NCBI GenBank assembly: GCA_034723395.1
Contig: JAYEOW010000004.1
Span: 35,279 to 99,278 of the forward strand
DNA: 64,000 bases
Source: Candidatus Margulisiibacteriota bacterium
GTDB taxonomy: Bacteria; Margulisbacteria; WOR-1; O2-12-FULL-45-9
Direction of reading: 5' to 3'
Shown here: piece after piece, positions 46,582 to 55,329 of the stretch
Numbering within the stretch: position 1 is the stretch's first letter
Layout: every line of letters starts with the position of its first letter
Translations under genes and position numbers: made by a program
The notes under the pieces: model-generated
The model's input: the letters and a program-made list of their open reading frames with translations, nothing else
Told to the model about the DNA's origin: nothing
Database searches by the model: none

Positions 46582-48266
46582 AGGTTGGCAATAAACGATC
46601 TGCTTCCGTAGATCGGTATTTCGCCCGCATCCTTTCCACACAGCTTCAGGCTGATCCATCTGAAGAAATTATCGCTATAATCAGCTTCGGCAAGCTTAAA
46701 TGAGTTTATAAAACTTAAGAATTCCGCAGGATGATCGGCATATTGTCCCGCTAATTCGATTAATTTACGAAATATATTTACACCTGACGCGGCATTGATT
46801 TTTAACGCCCGATAGAGAATAATAATAAATGGGCCAAGATACATCGGGACGGATTGTTCTATTTTCTCATATTTCTTCTCCAGCCCTTCACTGCTTATCT
46901 TTGCCAATATCTCCCTTTTAATCCCATTAATAAAGGTCACCGCATCGCCAAATTTTAAAATTCTCCCGCTCATTAGCCACAACAGCGCCCTTTGCCCTAG
47001 AAGGACCCGATCCCATTTACTAATCCCCTCTTTCCCGCCGTTATAAGGGACGATCCCTTTTTTGATCAAATGTTCGACGCCGAACCAAACCAGCTTTAAT
47101 TCATTTATATTAAAATACTTCTTTAGGTTATACAAATAAGCTTCGCTGTTTTTTAATATCTTTCCCAACGCGTCTAAAATGACCTTATCTCTCCCTTCCC
47201 TGCGCAGTTCAGCGATCGCTTCTGCGTATGAGAATACTTTCTTCGTTGATATTTTTCCACCACGCATCTGCTTGTATTCCCCGGTCCCTTTCTTATATTC
47301 GCGGTTACTGGTCATCCCGTCAAAGGCATCCGCAATTTGCAATATCTGAATACAGGTTTTCACGCGATTAGGCAATTTATCATAACCATTGGATAACCAA
47401 GCGGGATAACCGCCGATCATATCATGATGGTGCTGAATTATTGGAACAACATTTCTAAGCCATCTGATCCCGCTTAATAGATAAACTGTAATCGGCAAAT
47501 GCTCTTTTATTAAACCAAAAACTTCATCAGAAGGCCTGGGCGTGGTTAGCTGCTCCCTGGTCAGCGCCATTTTCCCCACATCATGTAATAACGCAGCAGT
47601 TTTAAGCCATTGATACCTTCTGGCATTTTTATATACACCAGTTTCTATCGCAATAACCGAAGACAATAAAGTAACTGCGCCAAAATGGACAACGCTCCCT
47701 TTATGGTTATGAATATTCCCCTTGATTAAGATATTAATGATAAAATCGGCAAATTCACCGTCCCCTTTTTCCGAGAGATTAGCAAGCTCAAGAAACCTTG
47801 CCGCCGCGTCTTGGACAAACCGGGATGCTTCTTCTTTCCCGAGAGATACGGTTATTTTTGCGATCCCTTCCAGATCTTTTCTTAATTCTTCTCCAATCTC
47901 CCCCTCGATCTCTCCGGGCGTTATCCCCGCCTCATCCAGGATTCTGTTTAATTGCCTTGATCCGCCGTCCATTTTAATCTTTTCGATCAACCAACAGGTA
48001 TTGGTTAAGATCGATTTTTTGGGCAACCGGCTGCCAAGCTCCTCCAGGTCGACCGCGTCAAGGTCGATCGCAAGGTTGCTTAAGCGGAGGCCTGAATTAG
48101 CAATGGTAAGGATCTTCTTCCCGTTATTCCACCCGGCGGTAAATCTTCCGCGGGCGCGTAAAATCTTCCCTTTGGATATGAATAGAACTCCAGCGTCCTG
48201 CAGGCGCTTTATCGCAACAGCAGTCGGCAATATTCTTATATTCCTGATACTTTTTACGAAAGACAC
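46575..48266 (-). CDS. HD-GYP-like domain protein with unassigned N- and C-terminal regions
   Basis: 563 aa; LHDVGK, QHHHDMIGGYPAWL, IADAFDGMTS. GTG start. Confidence 0.6.
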   Translation of the reverse strand: MSFVKSIRNIRILPTAVAIKRLQDAGVLFISKGKILRARGRFTAGWNNGKKILTIANSGLRLSNLAIDLDAVDLEELGSRLPKKSILTNTCWLIEKIKMDGGSRQLNRILDEAGITPGEIEGEIGEELRKDLEGIAKITVSLGKEEASRFVQDAAARFLELANLSEKGDGEFADFIINILIKGNIHNHKGSVVHFGAVTLLSSVIAIETGVYKNARRYQWLKTAALLHDVGKMALTREQLTTPRPSDEVFGLIKEHLPITVYLLSGIRWLRNVVPIIQHHHDMIGGYPAWLSNGYDKLPNRVKTCIQILQIADAFDGMTSNREYKKGTGEYKQMRGGKISTKKVFSYAEAIAELRREGRDKVILDALGKILKNSEAYLYNLKKYFNINELKLVWFGVEHLIKKGIVPYNGGKEGISKWDRVLLGQRALLWLMSGRILKFGDAVTFINGIKREILAKISSEGLEKKYEKIEQSVPMYLGPFIIILYRALKINAASGVNIFRKLIELAGQYADHPAEFLSFINSFKLAEADYSDNFFRWISLKLCGKDAGEIPIYGSRSFIANLQ

Positions 48267-48324
48267 GGGTCCCCCTTTCGAATAGAGACTCTAATAAGCA
48301 TATCGCTAAATAGTGGGGCCAATT

Positions 48325-49041
48325 TCAGAGGGTTTTGATCGTTTGTGTCAAAAGTCTGGAAAGCAAGTTTTTTTTCTCTTTCATCATCTTAAAGACCTCT
48401 TTTGAGGTTATTTTTTTGGGCTTGATCCCGGCCGCGTAATTTGTTACCACCGCGATCACCGCGTAAGGGATCTGCGCTTCGACGGCTAAAACCACTTCGG
48501 CCGCCTGGGTCATCCCCACCACATCCGCCCCCATTTTACCGAACATTTTAATCTCCGCCCTGCTCTCAAAACGCGGCCCCTCGGTACATACATAGGTCGC
48601 TTTTTTATCGACCTTTAGCTTTAATTTGCCGGCAGCGCTTAATATCTTATCGGTCAATTGCCGGTCATAAGGAGAGCTGACATCAATAAATGCGTTTTCA
48701 CTAAATGTCTCATGCCTTCTTTTAGTAAAATCGATAAAGTCATCTAATACGGCAAAATCACCCGGTTTCATTTTCGGGCTGATGCATCCAACCGCGGCGG
48801 TTGCAATAATACGGCCCACTCCGAGTTTTTTTAGGGCGGCAACATTTCCTCGATAATTAACCTGGTATGGTAAAACGTAATGTTCACCGTGGCGCCTGAT
48901 AAAAAAGATTTCTTTACCAGCAACTTCACCATGCTCTATTTTTATCGGTCCGTATCCGGTTTTAATTGTTTTCGTCTTGAACCCTTTAGAAAAAAGAAGC
49001 CCCTCCACCCCCGAACCGCCAATTATTCCTACCTTAGCCAT
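48325..49041 (-). CDS. mtnP: S-methyl-5'-thioadenosine phosphorylase-family purine nucleoside phosphorylase
   Basis: 238 aa; VGIIGGSG, FIRRHG, VGMT. Confidence 0.8.
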   Translation of the reverse strand: MAKVGIIGGSGVEGLLFSKGFKTKTIKTGYGPIKIEHGEVAGKEIFFIRRHGEHYVLPYQVNYRGNVAALKKLGVGRIIATAAVGCISPKMKPGDFAVLDDFIDFTKRRHETFSENAFIDVSSPYDRQLTDKILSAAGKLKLKVDKKATYVCTEGPRFESRAEIKMFGKMGADVVGMTQAAEVVLAVEAQIPYAVIAVVTNYAAGIKPKKITSKEVFKMMKEKKNLLSRLLTQTIKTL

Positions 49042-50333
49042 TCTTTTATTCTCCTTGCGAAAAAGTTTGCCCGATCGATAATTTCATCTTCATCAATCGT
49101 TAAAATATCGCGGTTTTCCATCACTAATTTACCATTAACAATCACCGTATCAACTTCCGACCCGCCAGCTGAATAAACCAGCTGGGAATACACATTATAT
49201 AAAGGGGTAAGATGCGGTCGATCAAGATCGATCAGTATAATATCTGCCGTTTTGCCAATCTCAATCGATCCGATATCCGGTTTTTGAAGGACCTTAGCCC
49301 CATCAGTAGTAGCCATCCGCAGAACATCCTTAGCATTCATTACCGTCGGATCACTTCTCATTAACTTGTGAACTTTTGCTACCGCATCCATCTCATCAAA
49401 CATATCTAAATTATTATTCGAAGCCGCCCCGTCTGTCCCCAAACCGACTAATATCCCCTCATCCATTAATTCAACAATCGGAGCACTTCCCGAAGCAAGC
49501 TTCATATTGCTCTCCTGGCAGTGAGAAACCTTCACTTTATGTTTTTTTAATAATTTAATATCATCATGGCTTAGATGGACACAATGGACCGCCTTTACTC
49601 TTTCCGAAAGGAATCCGATATTTTCAAGATGCTCAACCGGGGAACATCCCCGGTTTTTTCTCGACTCGGCTACTTCAGAAGCAGTTTCGGAAACATGGAT
49701 ATGAAGCGGGAGATCAAGTTTCTCAGCCAAAGCCTGTGCCTTTTTAAGATTATCCGGATTGCAGGTATAAGGAGTATGGGGAGCAACTTCCAGATGAATA
49801 AGCTCGTCCCTTCCCCACCTTTCATAAAGTTTTTCAATATATTCGAGTGAATCTTCTACCGTTGGAGAATCAGGTGTTGGAAAATCGAGAATTCCCTCTC
49901 CCAAAAATGCGCGGATCCCGATCTTCTTGCAAACCTCCGCCGCATCATCTTCGAAAAAGTACATATCCGAGAAAGAGGTCGTCCCCGACTTGATCATCTC
50001 GATCGCCGCCAGTGAAACGCCAATCCGCACATATTCCGGGTCTCCGAATTTCTTTTCGATCGGGAAGATAAATTTCTGCCACCAGATCTGGAGCGGCATA
50101 TCGTCAGCGATCCCGCGCAGCAAGGTCATCGCCGCATGGGTGTGGGTATTGACCAAGCCCGGCATTACTAATTTACCAGCTGCGTCAATTACTTTATCGG
50201 CCCTATATTTTGTCTGTGGAGAAATATCTACAATATTCGGCCCGGAAATAACTATGTCGGCCTTCTCGTGGAGGGTAAGTTTCTCGTCCATCGTGAGGAT
50301 CATTCCGTTCGTTATAATTATGTCGGCCTTCAT
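49029..50333 (-). CDS. mtaD: 5-methylthioadenosine/S-adenosylhomocysteine deaminase (amidohydrolase)
   Basis: 434 aa; PGLVNTHTHAAMTLLRGIADD, HVSET, GTDGAASNN. Confidence 0.8.
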   Translation of the reverse strand: MKADIIITNGMILTMDEKLTLHEKADIVISGPNIVDISPQTKYRADKVIDAAGKLVMPGLVNTHTHAAMTLLRGIADDMPLQIWWQKFIFPIEKKFGDPEYVRIGVSLAAIEMIKSGTTSFSDMYFFEDDAAEVCKKIGIRAFLGEGILDFPTPDSPTVEDSLEYIEKLYERWGRDELIHLEVAPHTPYTCNPDNLKKAQALAEKLDLPLHIHVSETASEVAESRKNRGCSPVEHLENIGFLSERVKAVHCVHLSHDDIKLLKKHKVKVSHCQESNMKLASGSAPIVELMDEGILVGLGTDGAASNNNLDMFDEMDAVAKVHKLMRSDPTVMNAKDVLRMATTDGAKVLQKPDIGSIEIGKTADIILIDLDRPHLTPLYNVYSQLVYSAGGSEVDTVIVNGKLVMENRDILTIDEDEIIDRANFFARRIKEWLR

Positions 50334-50358
50334 ATTTTTAGTACCGACGCGCCCAATG

Positions 50359-51201
50359 CTAACCTTTTAATACTTCACGCGCAATCCCCACATGTATCTT
50401 TTTATCCCCTATTTTAACGCCCTTCGCTTTTATTTCGATGTTTATCCTTTTACCGTCTTTGCGGATGACCTCAAGCTCCTCCGGACCATAGGAACCCCTA
50501 ATGGTAATTTTTGGAATAATTTCAGCTATTTTAAGGATCTGATCGGTCGAAAGAAGATGGGTCATATCCTTAAAAGACATCCCCTTGAGCTCTTCAACCT
50601 TATAACCGATCAGTTCCTCGACATATTTATTGCAGTCGAGCAATCTCCCCTCCCTATCCACCAAATAGATCGCCTCCTGTACCGACTCGAAGACCGCTCT
50701 GAATTTTTCTTCGGAGACCTTCACTTCATCTTCCATTTTTTTGCGCTCGGTCAGGTCTCTCAAGATCGCCATATCACCAACGATCTTGCCATCCTCATAA
50801 ATCGGCGCCGCATTTATCTCGGTTTGAACAGGTTCGCCGCTCTTCCGCTTAAGCCGCACCTCATAAGGAGGAACAAATTTACCGCGCATCCGGTCAAAGA
50901 AATTTTTTAACACGATCGCTTTGTTCTTTATATCGAAGATCCCTAAAAAGGCCAGGTTCTCGCCTTCAAGCTCTTCTTTTGAATATCCGCTGGCCACGGA
51001 AAGTTGTTTATTTATCTGAAGGATCTTCCCTTTTCTATCAAAGATAACGATCGGATCCCCCGCGTTGTCGATCAGGTTTAGATACTTTTCCTCACTCCGC
51101 CTCAATTGTTTTTCAAGCTTTCCATATTCGACCACCATATTCTCAAGCTCTTTTAATCGCTCTCGCTGGCTCCGATACTCTTCATCCGGAATTTCTACCA
51201 T
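50359..51201 (-). CDS. stand-alone coiled-coil plus tandem PAS-domain protein (no output domain)
   Basis: 280 aa; two PAS-like blocks (NLIDNAGDPIVIFD..., FRAVFESVQEAIYLVD...). GGAGGTGA SD. Confidence 0.7.
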   Translation of the reverse strand: MVEIPDEEYRSQRERLKELENMVVEYGKLEKQLRRSEEKYLNLIDNAGDPIVIFDRKGKILQINKQLSVASGYSKEELEGENLAFLGIFDIKNKAIVLKNFFDRMRGKFVPPYEVRLKRKSGEPVQTEINAAPIYEDGKIVGDMAILRDLTERKKMEDEVKVSEEKFRAVFESVQEAIYLVDREGRLLDCNKYVEELIGYKVEELKGMSFKDMTHLLSTDQILKIAEIIPKITIRGSYGPEELEVIRKDGKRINIEIKAKGVKIGDKKIHVGIAREVLKG

Positions 51202-51262
51202 AATTCACCTCCAGATAAATTATATTAGAAGAGTTGACCGGAGTCAAATCAGGTATGACATA

Positions 51263-51271
51263 TGATATACT
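51263..51271 (+). promoter_or_regulatory. extended -10 promoter (TGATATACT) for tsaC
   Basis: 11 nt upstream of ATG 51283, no SD. Confidence 0.45.
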
Positions 51272-51282
51272 AATTAGTAGAA

Positions 51283-51816
51283 ATGAACCTGAAAAAAGCG
51301 GCTAAGACCCTTAAATCCGGCGGAATAATCGCCTTCCCTACCGAAACAGTATTTGGAATCGGCGCTTGTCTGGATCAACCCGAAGCAATCAAGCAGATTT
51401 TTAAGATTAAGAAGCGATCATGCAAAAAACCGCTGCAAATCTTGATCGGAAATATGCGCCAGGCAAAGAAACTCGGCAAATTCAGTAAACGGGCCTTGGA
51501 ATTGGCCAAAGCTTGGCCGGGGCCATTGACCTTGGTAATCTATAAAACCGGAAAAGTTCCAAAATTAGTCACGGGGGGAAGCAAAAAAGTCGGTTTAAGG
51601 ATGCCGGATCACAAAACAATCCTTAATTTAATTAAAAAATGCGGACCGATCGTTGCTACATCGGCTAATAAGGCAGGGGAAAAACCAGCCTTAACCGTTA
51701 AGGCGGTCAAAAAAAACCTCCCAGAGATAGATTTTGTCATCCCTGGAAGGGTTAAAAGCGGCAAAGCGTCAAAAGTGGTCGACGCCACCGGAAAACCAAA
51801 AACGCTTAGAGGCTAA
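51283..51816 (+). CDS. tsaC: L-threonylcarbamoyladenylate synthase (YrdC-domain only)
   Basis: 177 aa; GGIIAFPTETVFGIGA, VATSANKAGE. Confidence 0.85.
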   Translation: MNLKKAAKTLKSGGIIAFPTETVFGIGACLDQPEAIKQIFKIKKRSCKKPLQILIGNMRQAKKLGKFSKRALELAKAWPGPLTLVIYKTGKVPKLVTGGSKKVGLRMPDHKTILNLIKKCGPIVATSANKAGEKPALTVKAVKKNLPEIDFVIPGRVKSGKASKVVDATGKPKTLRG

Positions 51817-53059
51817 GCCTCAGCTCATAATACTGCGATTCTTCGATCTGCTGTGTGCTTGGATTATAGACCTTCTTATAATGAACGACTACCTTGGTGA
51901 ATGGATTCACCGGATAAGCGGCCGATCCTCCGATAATTGCCCCCTCCTCTAAAGAAAGAGATCTAAAATCGGTAAAGCTCGGCTGTTTATAATAACCGGT
52001 AACTTCAATATCCTGTGGTAATTTTGCAAACAGCTCCCCTTCCACCCCGGCATCACTCTCATTATAATTTTCGTAAACCAGTTTAAGATAGGCCATATCC
52101 ATCACTTTTAACCCAGCCTGGGCCAAATAGCCATTCTTAACATTCCCTGACACTTCGGCGGAAGATAAACTTACCGGATTAACCTCATAATCAGAATCAA
52201 AATACCCGGGTACGAAATTACTGTCTAAAAACCTATATTCCGCCAGAAAATTAGCTTGCGCAATAAAAAAGTCCTGGTCCCATCCGATCCCCGACGAAAA
52301 GCCGCTCCCGTGATCAACTAAATGCGCATACTCGGCATATCCTTCAAATCCCCAGGGAAGTGGAACAGTTGCGTCCACTCCGTAAGCGGACACTTTTTGT
52401 ATTTCCGTAGTCCCGGCAAGGGTAACACCATCAGAATCATTGAGATAGGTCTGCCCCAAAGTAAGCATGGGATGGACCCTCTCCTCTACCCTTGCCCCAT
52501 AGATCCCGCTGCCGGTTTTAAGCCCGCGCACAACATATTGATCCATATCGACATATCCCTTAAAGGCAAGCTGTTCGTTATTTAGGAGGATCGGCCCGGT
52601 GGCAACAGTCGAATAATCTTTCATTAATAAACCATGGCCCCAGGTTAAATTTTGGATGGTCCCGTAGCGCAATCCTTTTTTACCGTCATCATACTCAACA
52701 TAACGCATGACAAAATTCTCATATTCCGGCGGCCTGACTTCGCTTAAAGTTATGTTGACATCAAACCCCAACCCCCAGGGACCTAATTTAAAATCAGGGT
52801 GCCAGGCAAGGTTGGCGACCTCATCAGTCCCGACTTTTAGATAACCAAGGCTTAATCCCCCGATATTTGAAACGAGCTTAGTCGCAGTATCTGTATCAGT
52901 CCCACCAGTAGTAGTAACTGAGAGTGAAGAATCCTGAGCTATGGCCGAATTAAATCCAAATATCAAAATCCAAAATCCAAATAAAATCCAAAATCCAAAT
53001 CTTTTAATTGATTTGGAATTAAAATATTTATTTGTCATTTGCCATTTGTCATTTGTCAT
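51806..53059 (-). CDS. secreted hypothetical protein, possibly an outer-membrane beta-barrel
   Basis: I start at ATG 53059 (GGAGG 6 nt upstream). Signal peptide KSIKRFGFWILFGFWILIFGFNSAIA-QD. Alternating aromatic/polar strands throughout. Confidence 0.5.
   Translation of the reverse strand: MTNDKWQMTNKYFNSKSIKRFGFWILFGFWILIFGFNSAIAQDSSLSVTTTGGTDTDTATKLVSNIGGLSLGYLKVGTDEVANLAWHPDFKLGPWGLGFDVNITLSEVRPPEYENFVMRYVEYDDGKKGLRYGTIQNLTWGHGLLMKDYSTVATGPILLNNEQLAFKGYVDMDQYVVRGLKTGSGIYGARVEERVHPMLTLGQTYLNDSDGVTLAGTTEIQKVSAYGVDATVPLPWGFEGYAEYAHLVDHGSGFSSGIGWDQDFFIAQANFLAEYRFLDSNFVPGYFDSDYEVNPVSLSSAEVSGNVKNGYLAQAGLKVMDMAYLKLVYENYNESDAGVEGELFAKLPQDIEVTGYYKQPSFTDFRSLSLEEGAIIGGSAAYPVNPFTKVVVHYKKVYNPSTQQIEESQYYELRLSL
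52954..53001. repeat. imperfect heptamer array, TCCAAAA-type, about 7 units
   Basis: Read directly. It encodes the FGFWILFGFWILIFGF signal-peptide core. It is followed by the hairpin CCAAATC ttttaatt GATTTGG (52995-53016). Confidence 0.7.
53031..53058. repeat. heptanucleotide tandem array, 4 units (TTTGTCA TTTGCCA TTTGTCA TTTGTCA)
   Basis: Read directly. On the coding strand each unit is ATGACAA or ATGGCAA, which supplies an ATG in every frame at the 5' end of the OMP-like gene. Confidence 0.8.
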
Positions 53060-53069
53060 TATAAGCCTC

Positions 53070-54674
53070 CTAATGTTTGAAGTGTCTTCGACCGGTAAAG
53101 ACCATCGCAATCTCGAGTTCGTTCGCTTTATCGATTGACTCCTGGTCGCGTTTTGATCCCCCCGGCTGGATGATCGCTGCTATACCATACCTCCCGGCAA
53201 ATTCTACAACATCCGGAAACGGAAAGAAAGCATCCGAGGCTAAAATTCCACCTTTAACATCGCTCCGCGAACGCTTCACTGCCAGTTCGGCTGCATCAAT
53301 CCGGCTCATCTGCCCCGCTCCTACCCCGATCGCCTTGCCATTCTTTATGATCACGATCGCATTCGACTTAACGTGTTTAACAACTCCCCAGGAAAAGAAG
53401 AGATCTTCCATCTGCGCCATCGATGGCTGTTTCTTGGTTACCACTTTAAAATCAGTTACCGCCAGCTGGGCAATATCCGGGTCCTGGACAAGAATACCAC
53501 CACTCACCCGTTTGTAATCCATTCCCCTGAATTGCTTGCCCAAGGCCGCTTCTCCCATATCCATGATACGCAGGTTTTTCTTCTCCTTTAGGACGCTCAG
53601 CGCTCCGGCTGAATATCCGGGGGCGATCACGATCTCAACAAATAGTTTAACGATCTCTTTTGCGGTAGCTTCATCGATCTCCCGGTTCGCGGCTACAATC
53701 CCTCCAAAGGCAGAGACCGGATCGCAGTCGAGCGCCTTTTTGTAAGCAGAATGGAGGGTTTCACCCTTCGCCAATCCGCAGGGATTCGTATGTTTAACGA
53801 TCGCTACTGTAGTGTCGGCAAAATAGTTTGCTGCCGCCCACGCCGCATCCATATCGACAATATTATTGAAAGACAACTCTTTCCCGTGCAGCTGTTTCGC
53901 ATTAGTGATTGCTGACCCCATATCCTCAGTTGCCGCCTCTTTATAAAAAGCGGCTTTTTGGTGCGGGTTTTCCCCATAACGGAGGTCTTGGACTTTTTTC
54001 AATTGGATCGTTTTGCTCTCCGGGAATGCTTCTTCGCTGCCGAACATAGTTGAAAAATATTTAACGATAACCGTATCATAATATTTTGTATGCGCAAAAG
54101 CTTTATAGGCCAATCTTTGTTTGGTCTCCGCGCTAAGCGCTCCACCGCTCCCTTTCAACTCATCGATGATCTTTCCGTAATCTCCCGGATCGACCACAAT
54201 CGCCACACTTTTACTATTTTTGGCGGCGGCGCGGACCATACACGGCCCCCCGATATCGATATTTTCAATCGCGTCTTCATAAGTGCATCCCTCTTTGCTG
54301 ATCGTGCTTTCAAATGGGTAAAGATTGCAAACTACGACCTGAAAAGGATTGATCTTAAATTTCTTAAGCTCTTTCATGTGCGCAGGATTGGTTTGATCGG
54401 CCAAAATTGCCCCATGAATGATCGGATGGAGAGTTTTTACCCTTCCATCCAACATATGAGGGTATTTCGTAAGTCCCGACACCTCTTTTACTTTTATCCC
54501 CGCTTTCTTTAAAAACTTCGCTGTCCCGCCAGACGAAATGATCTCAAACCCAAGTTTTTTCAACCCTTTCGCAAACTTATCGAGACCTTTCTTATCTGAA
54601 ACCGACAGCAATGCATATTTTTTGCCGTTTCCTGTTTCCCGTTTCCTGTTCCCCAGTTTTTTCTTAGCTATCAT
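53070..54674 (-). CDS. purH: bifunctional AICAR transformylase / IMP cyclohydrolase
   Basis: 534 aa; ALLSVSDKKGL, GGTAKFL, KTLHPIIHGAIL. N-terminal basic extension of about 12 aa. Confidence 0.95.
   Translation of the reverse strand: MIAKKKLGNRKRETGNGKKYALLSVSDKKGLDKFAKGLKKLGFEIISSGGTAKFLKKAGIKVKEVSGLTKYPHMLDGRVKTLHPIIHGAILADQTNPAHMKELKKFKINPFQVVVCNLYPFESTISKEGCTYEDAIENIDIGGPCMVRAAAKNSKSVAIVVDPGDYGKIIDELKGSGGALSAETKQRLAYKAFAHTKYYDTVIVKYFSTMFGSEEAFPESKTIQLKKVQDLRYGENPHQKAAFYKEAATEDMGSAITNAKQLHGKELSFNNIVDMDAAWAAANYFADTTVAIVKHTNPCGLAKGETLHSAYKKALDCDPVSAFGGIVAANREIDEATAKEIVKLFVEIVIAPGYSAGALSVLKEKKNLRIMDMGEAALGKQFRGMDYKRVSGGILVQDPDIAQLAVTDFKVVTKKQPSMAQMEDLFFSWGVVKHVKSNAIVIIKNGKAIGVGAGQMSRIDAAELAVKRSRSDVKGGILASDAFFPFPDVVEFAGRYGIAAIIQPGGSKRDQESIDKANELEIAMVFTGRRHFKH
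54627..54654. repeat. heptanucleotide tandem array, 4 units (GTTTCCT GTTTCCC GTTTCCT GTTCCCC)
   Basis: Read directly. It encodes the GNRKRETGNG part of the purH N-terminal extension. Confidence 0.8.
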
Positions 54675-55273
54675 AGTACCCTTACTTTTCTCCCTTCTAT
54701 TTTTAACTTCCCCTCAGCAAATAATTTTATCGCCTGGGGATAAATCCTATGTTCCTGTTCCAGAATCCGAGCAGATAAGGTTTCCTCTGTATCATTTTCC
54801 AACACAGGAACCGCCGCTTGGATAACAATCGGTCCGGTATCACATCCTTCATCGACAAAATGGACAGTTGCTCCAGAGATTTTTACTCCATGCTCAAGCG
54901 CCGCTTTCTGGACATGTAATCCTGGAAAAGATGGGAGGAGCGCCGGATGGATATTCAGCAGCTTACCTTGAAAATGCTCAAGCAGGACTTCTCCTGCAAT
55001 CCTCATGTAACCAGCCAGACAGACTAGATCAACTTTATGCTGCTTTAAGACCTTAACGATCTCCAGCTCATAAGTATTCTTATCTTGAAACTTCTTCGGT
55101 TCAAACACTGCAGTAGGAATTCCATGCTTTTTTGCCCTCTCCAACCCAAAAGCATTTGGCTTATTGGAAATCACCATCGCGACTTTGGCCGGAACATTTC
55201 CGCGCTCCGAAGCATCAATAATCGCCTGGAGATTTGACCCTTTTCCTGAAATTAACATTCCAATGTTTATCAT
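54671..55273 (-). CDS. purN: phosphoribosylglycinamide formyltransferase
   Basis: 200 aa; GSNLQAIID, NIHPALLPSFPG. Confidence 0.9.
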   Translation of the reverse strand: MINIGMLISGKGSNLQAIIDASERGNVPAKVAMVISNKPNAFGLERAKKHGIPTAVFEPKKFQDKNTYELEIVKVLKQHKVDLVCLAGYMRIAGEVLLEHFQGKLLNIHPALLPSFPGLHVQKAALEHGVKISGATVHFVDEGCDTGPIVIQAAVPVLENDTEETLSARILEQEHRIYPQAIKLFAEGKLKIEGRKVRVL

Positions 55274-55329
55274 TTTAATAATATGACACCTCGTGCTGAA
55301 GCACTTCGGTGCGAAGCATTAATTCGTCA

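Noticed and set aside
8640-54654. Heptamer arrays as a CRISPR array or satellite
   Set aside because: The units are contiguous 7-mers with no spacers. Each array is only 28-48 nt, lies within coding sequence, and there are no cas genes.
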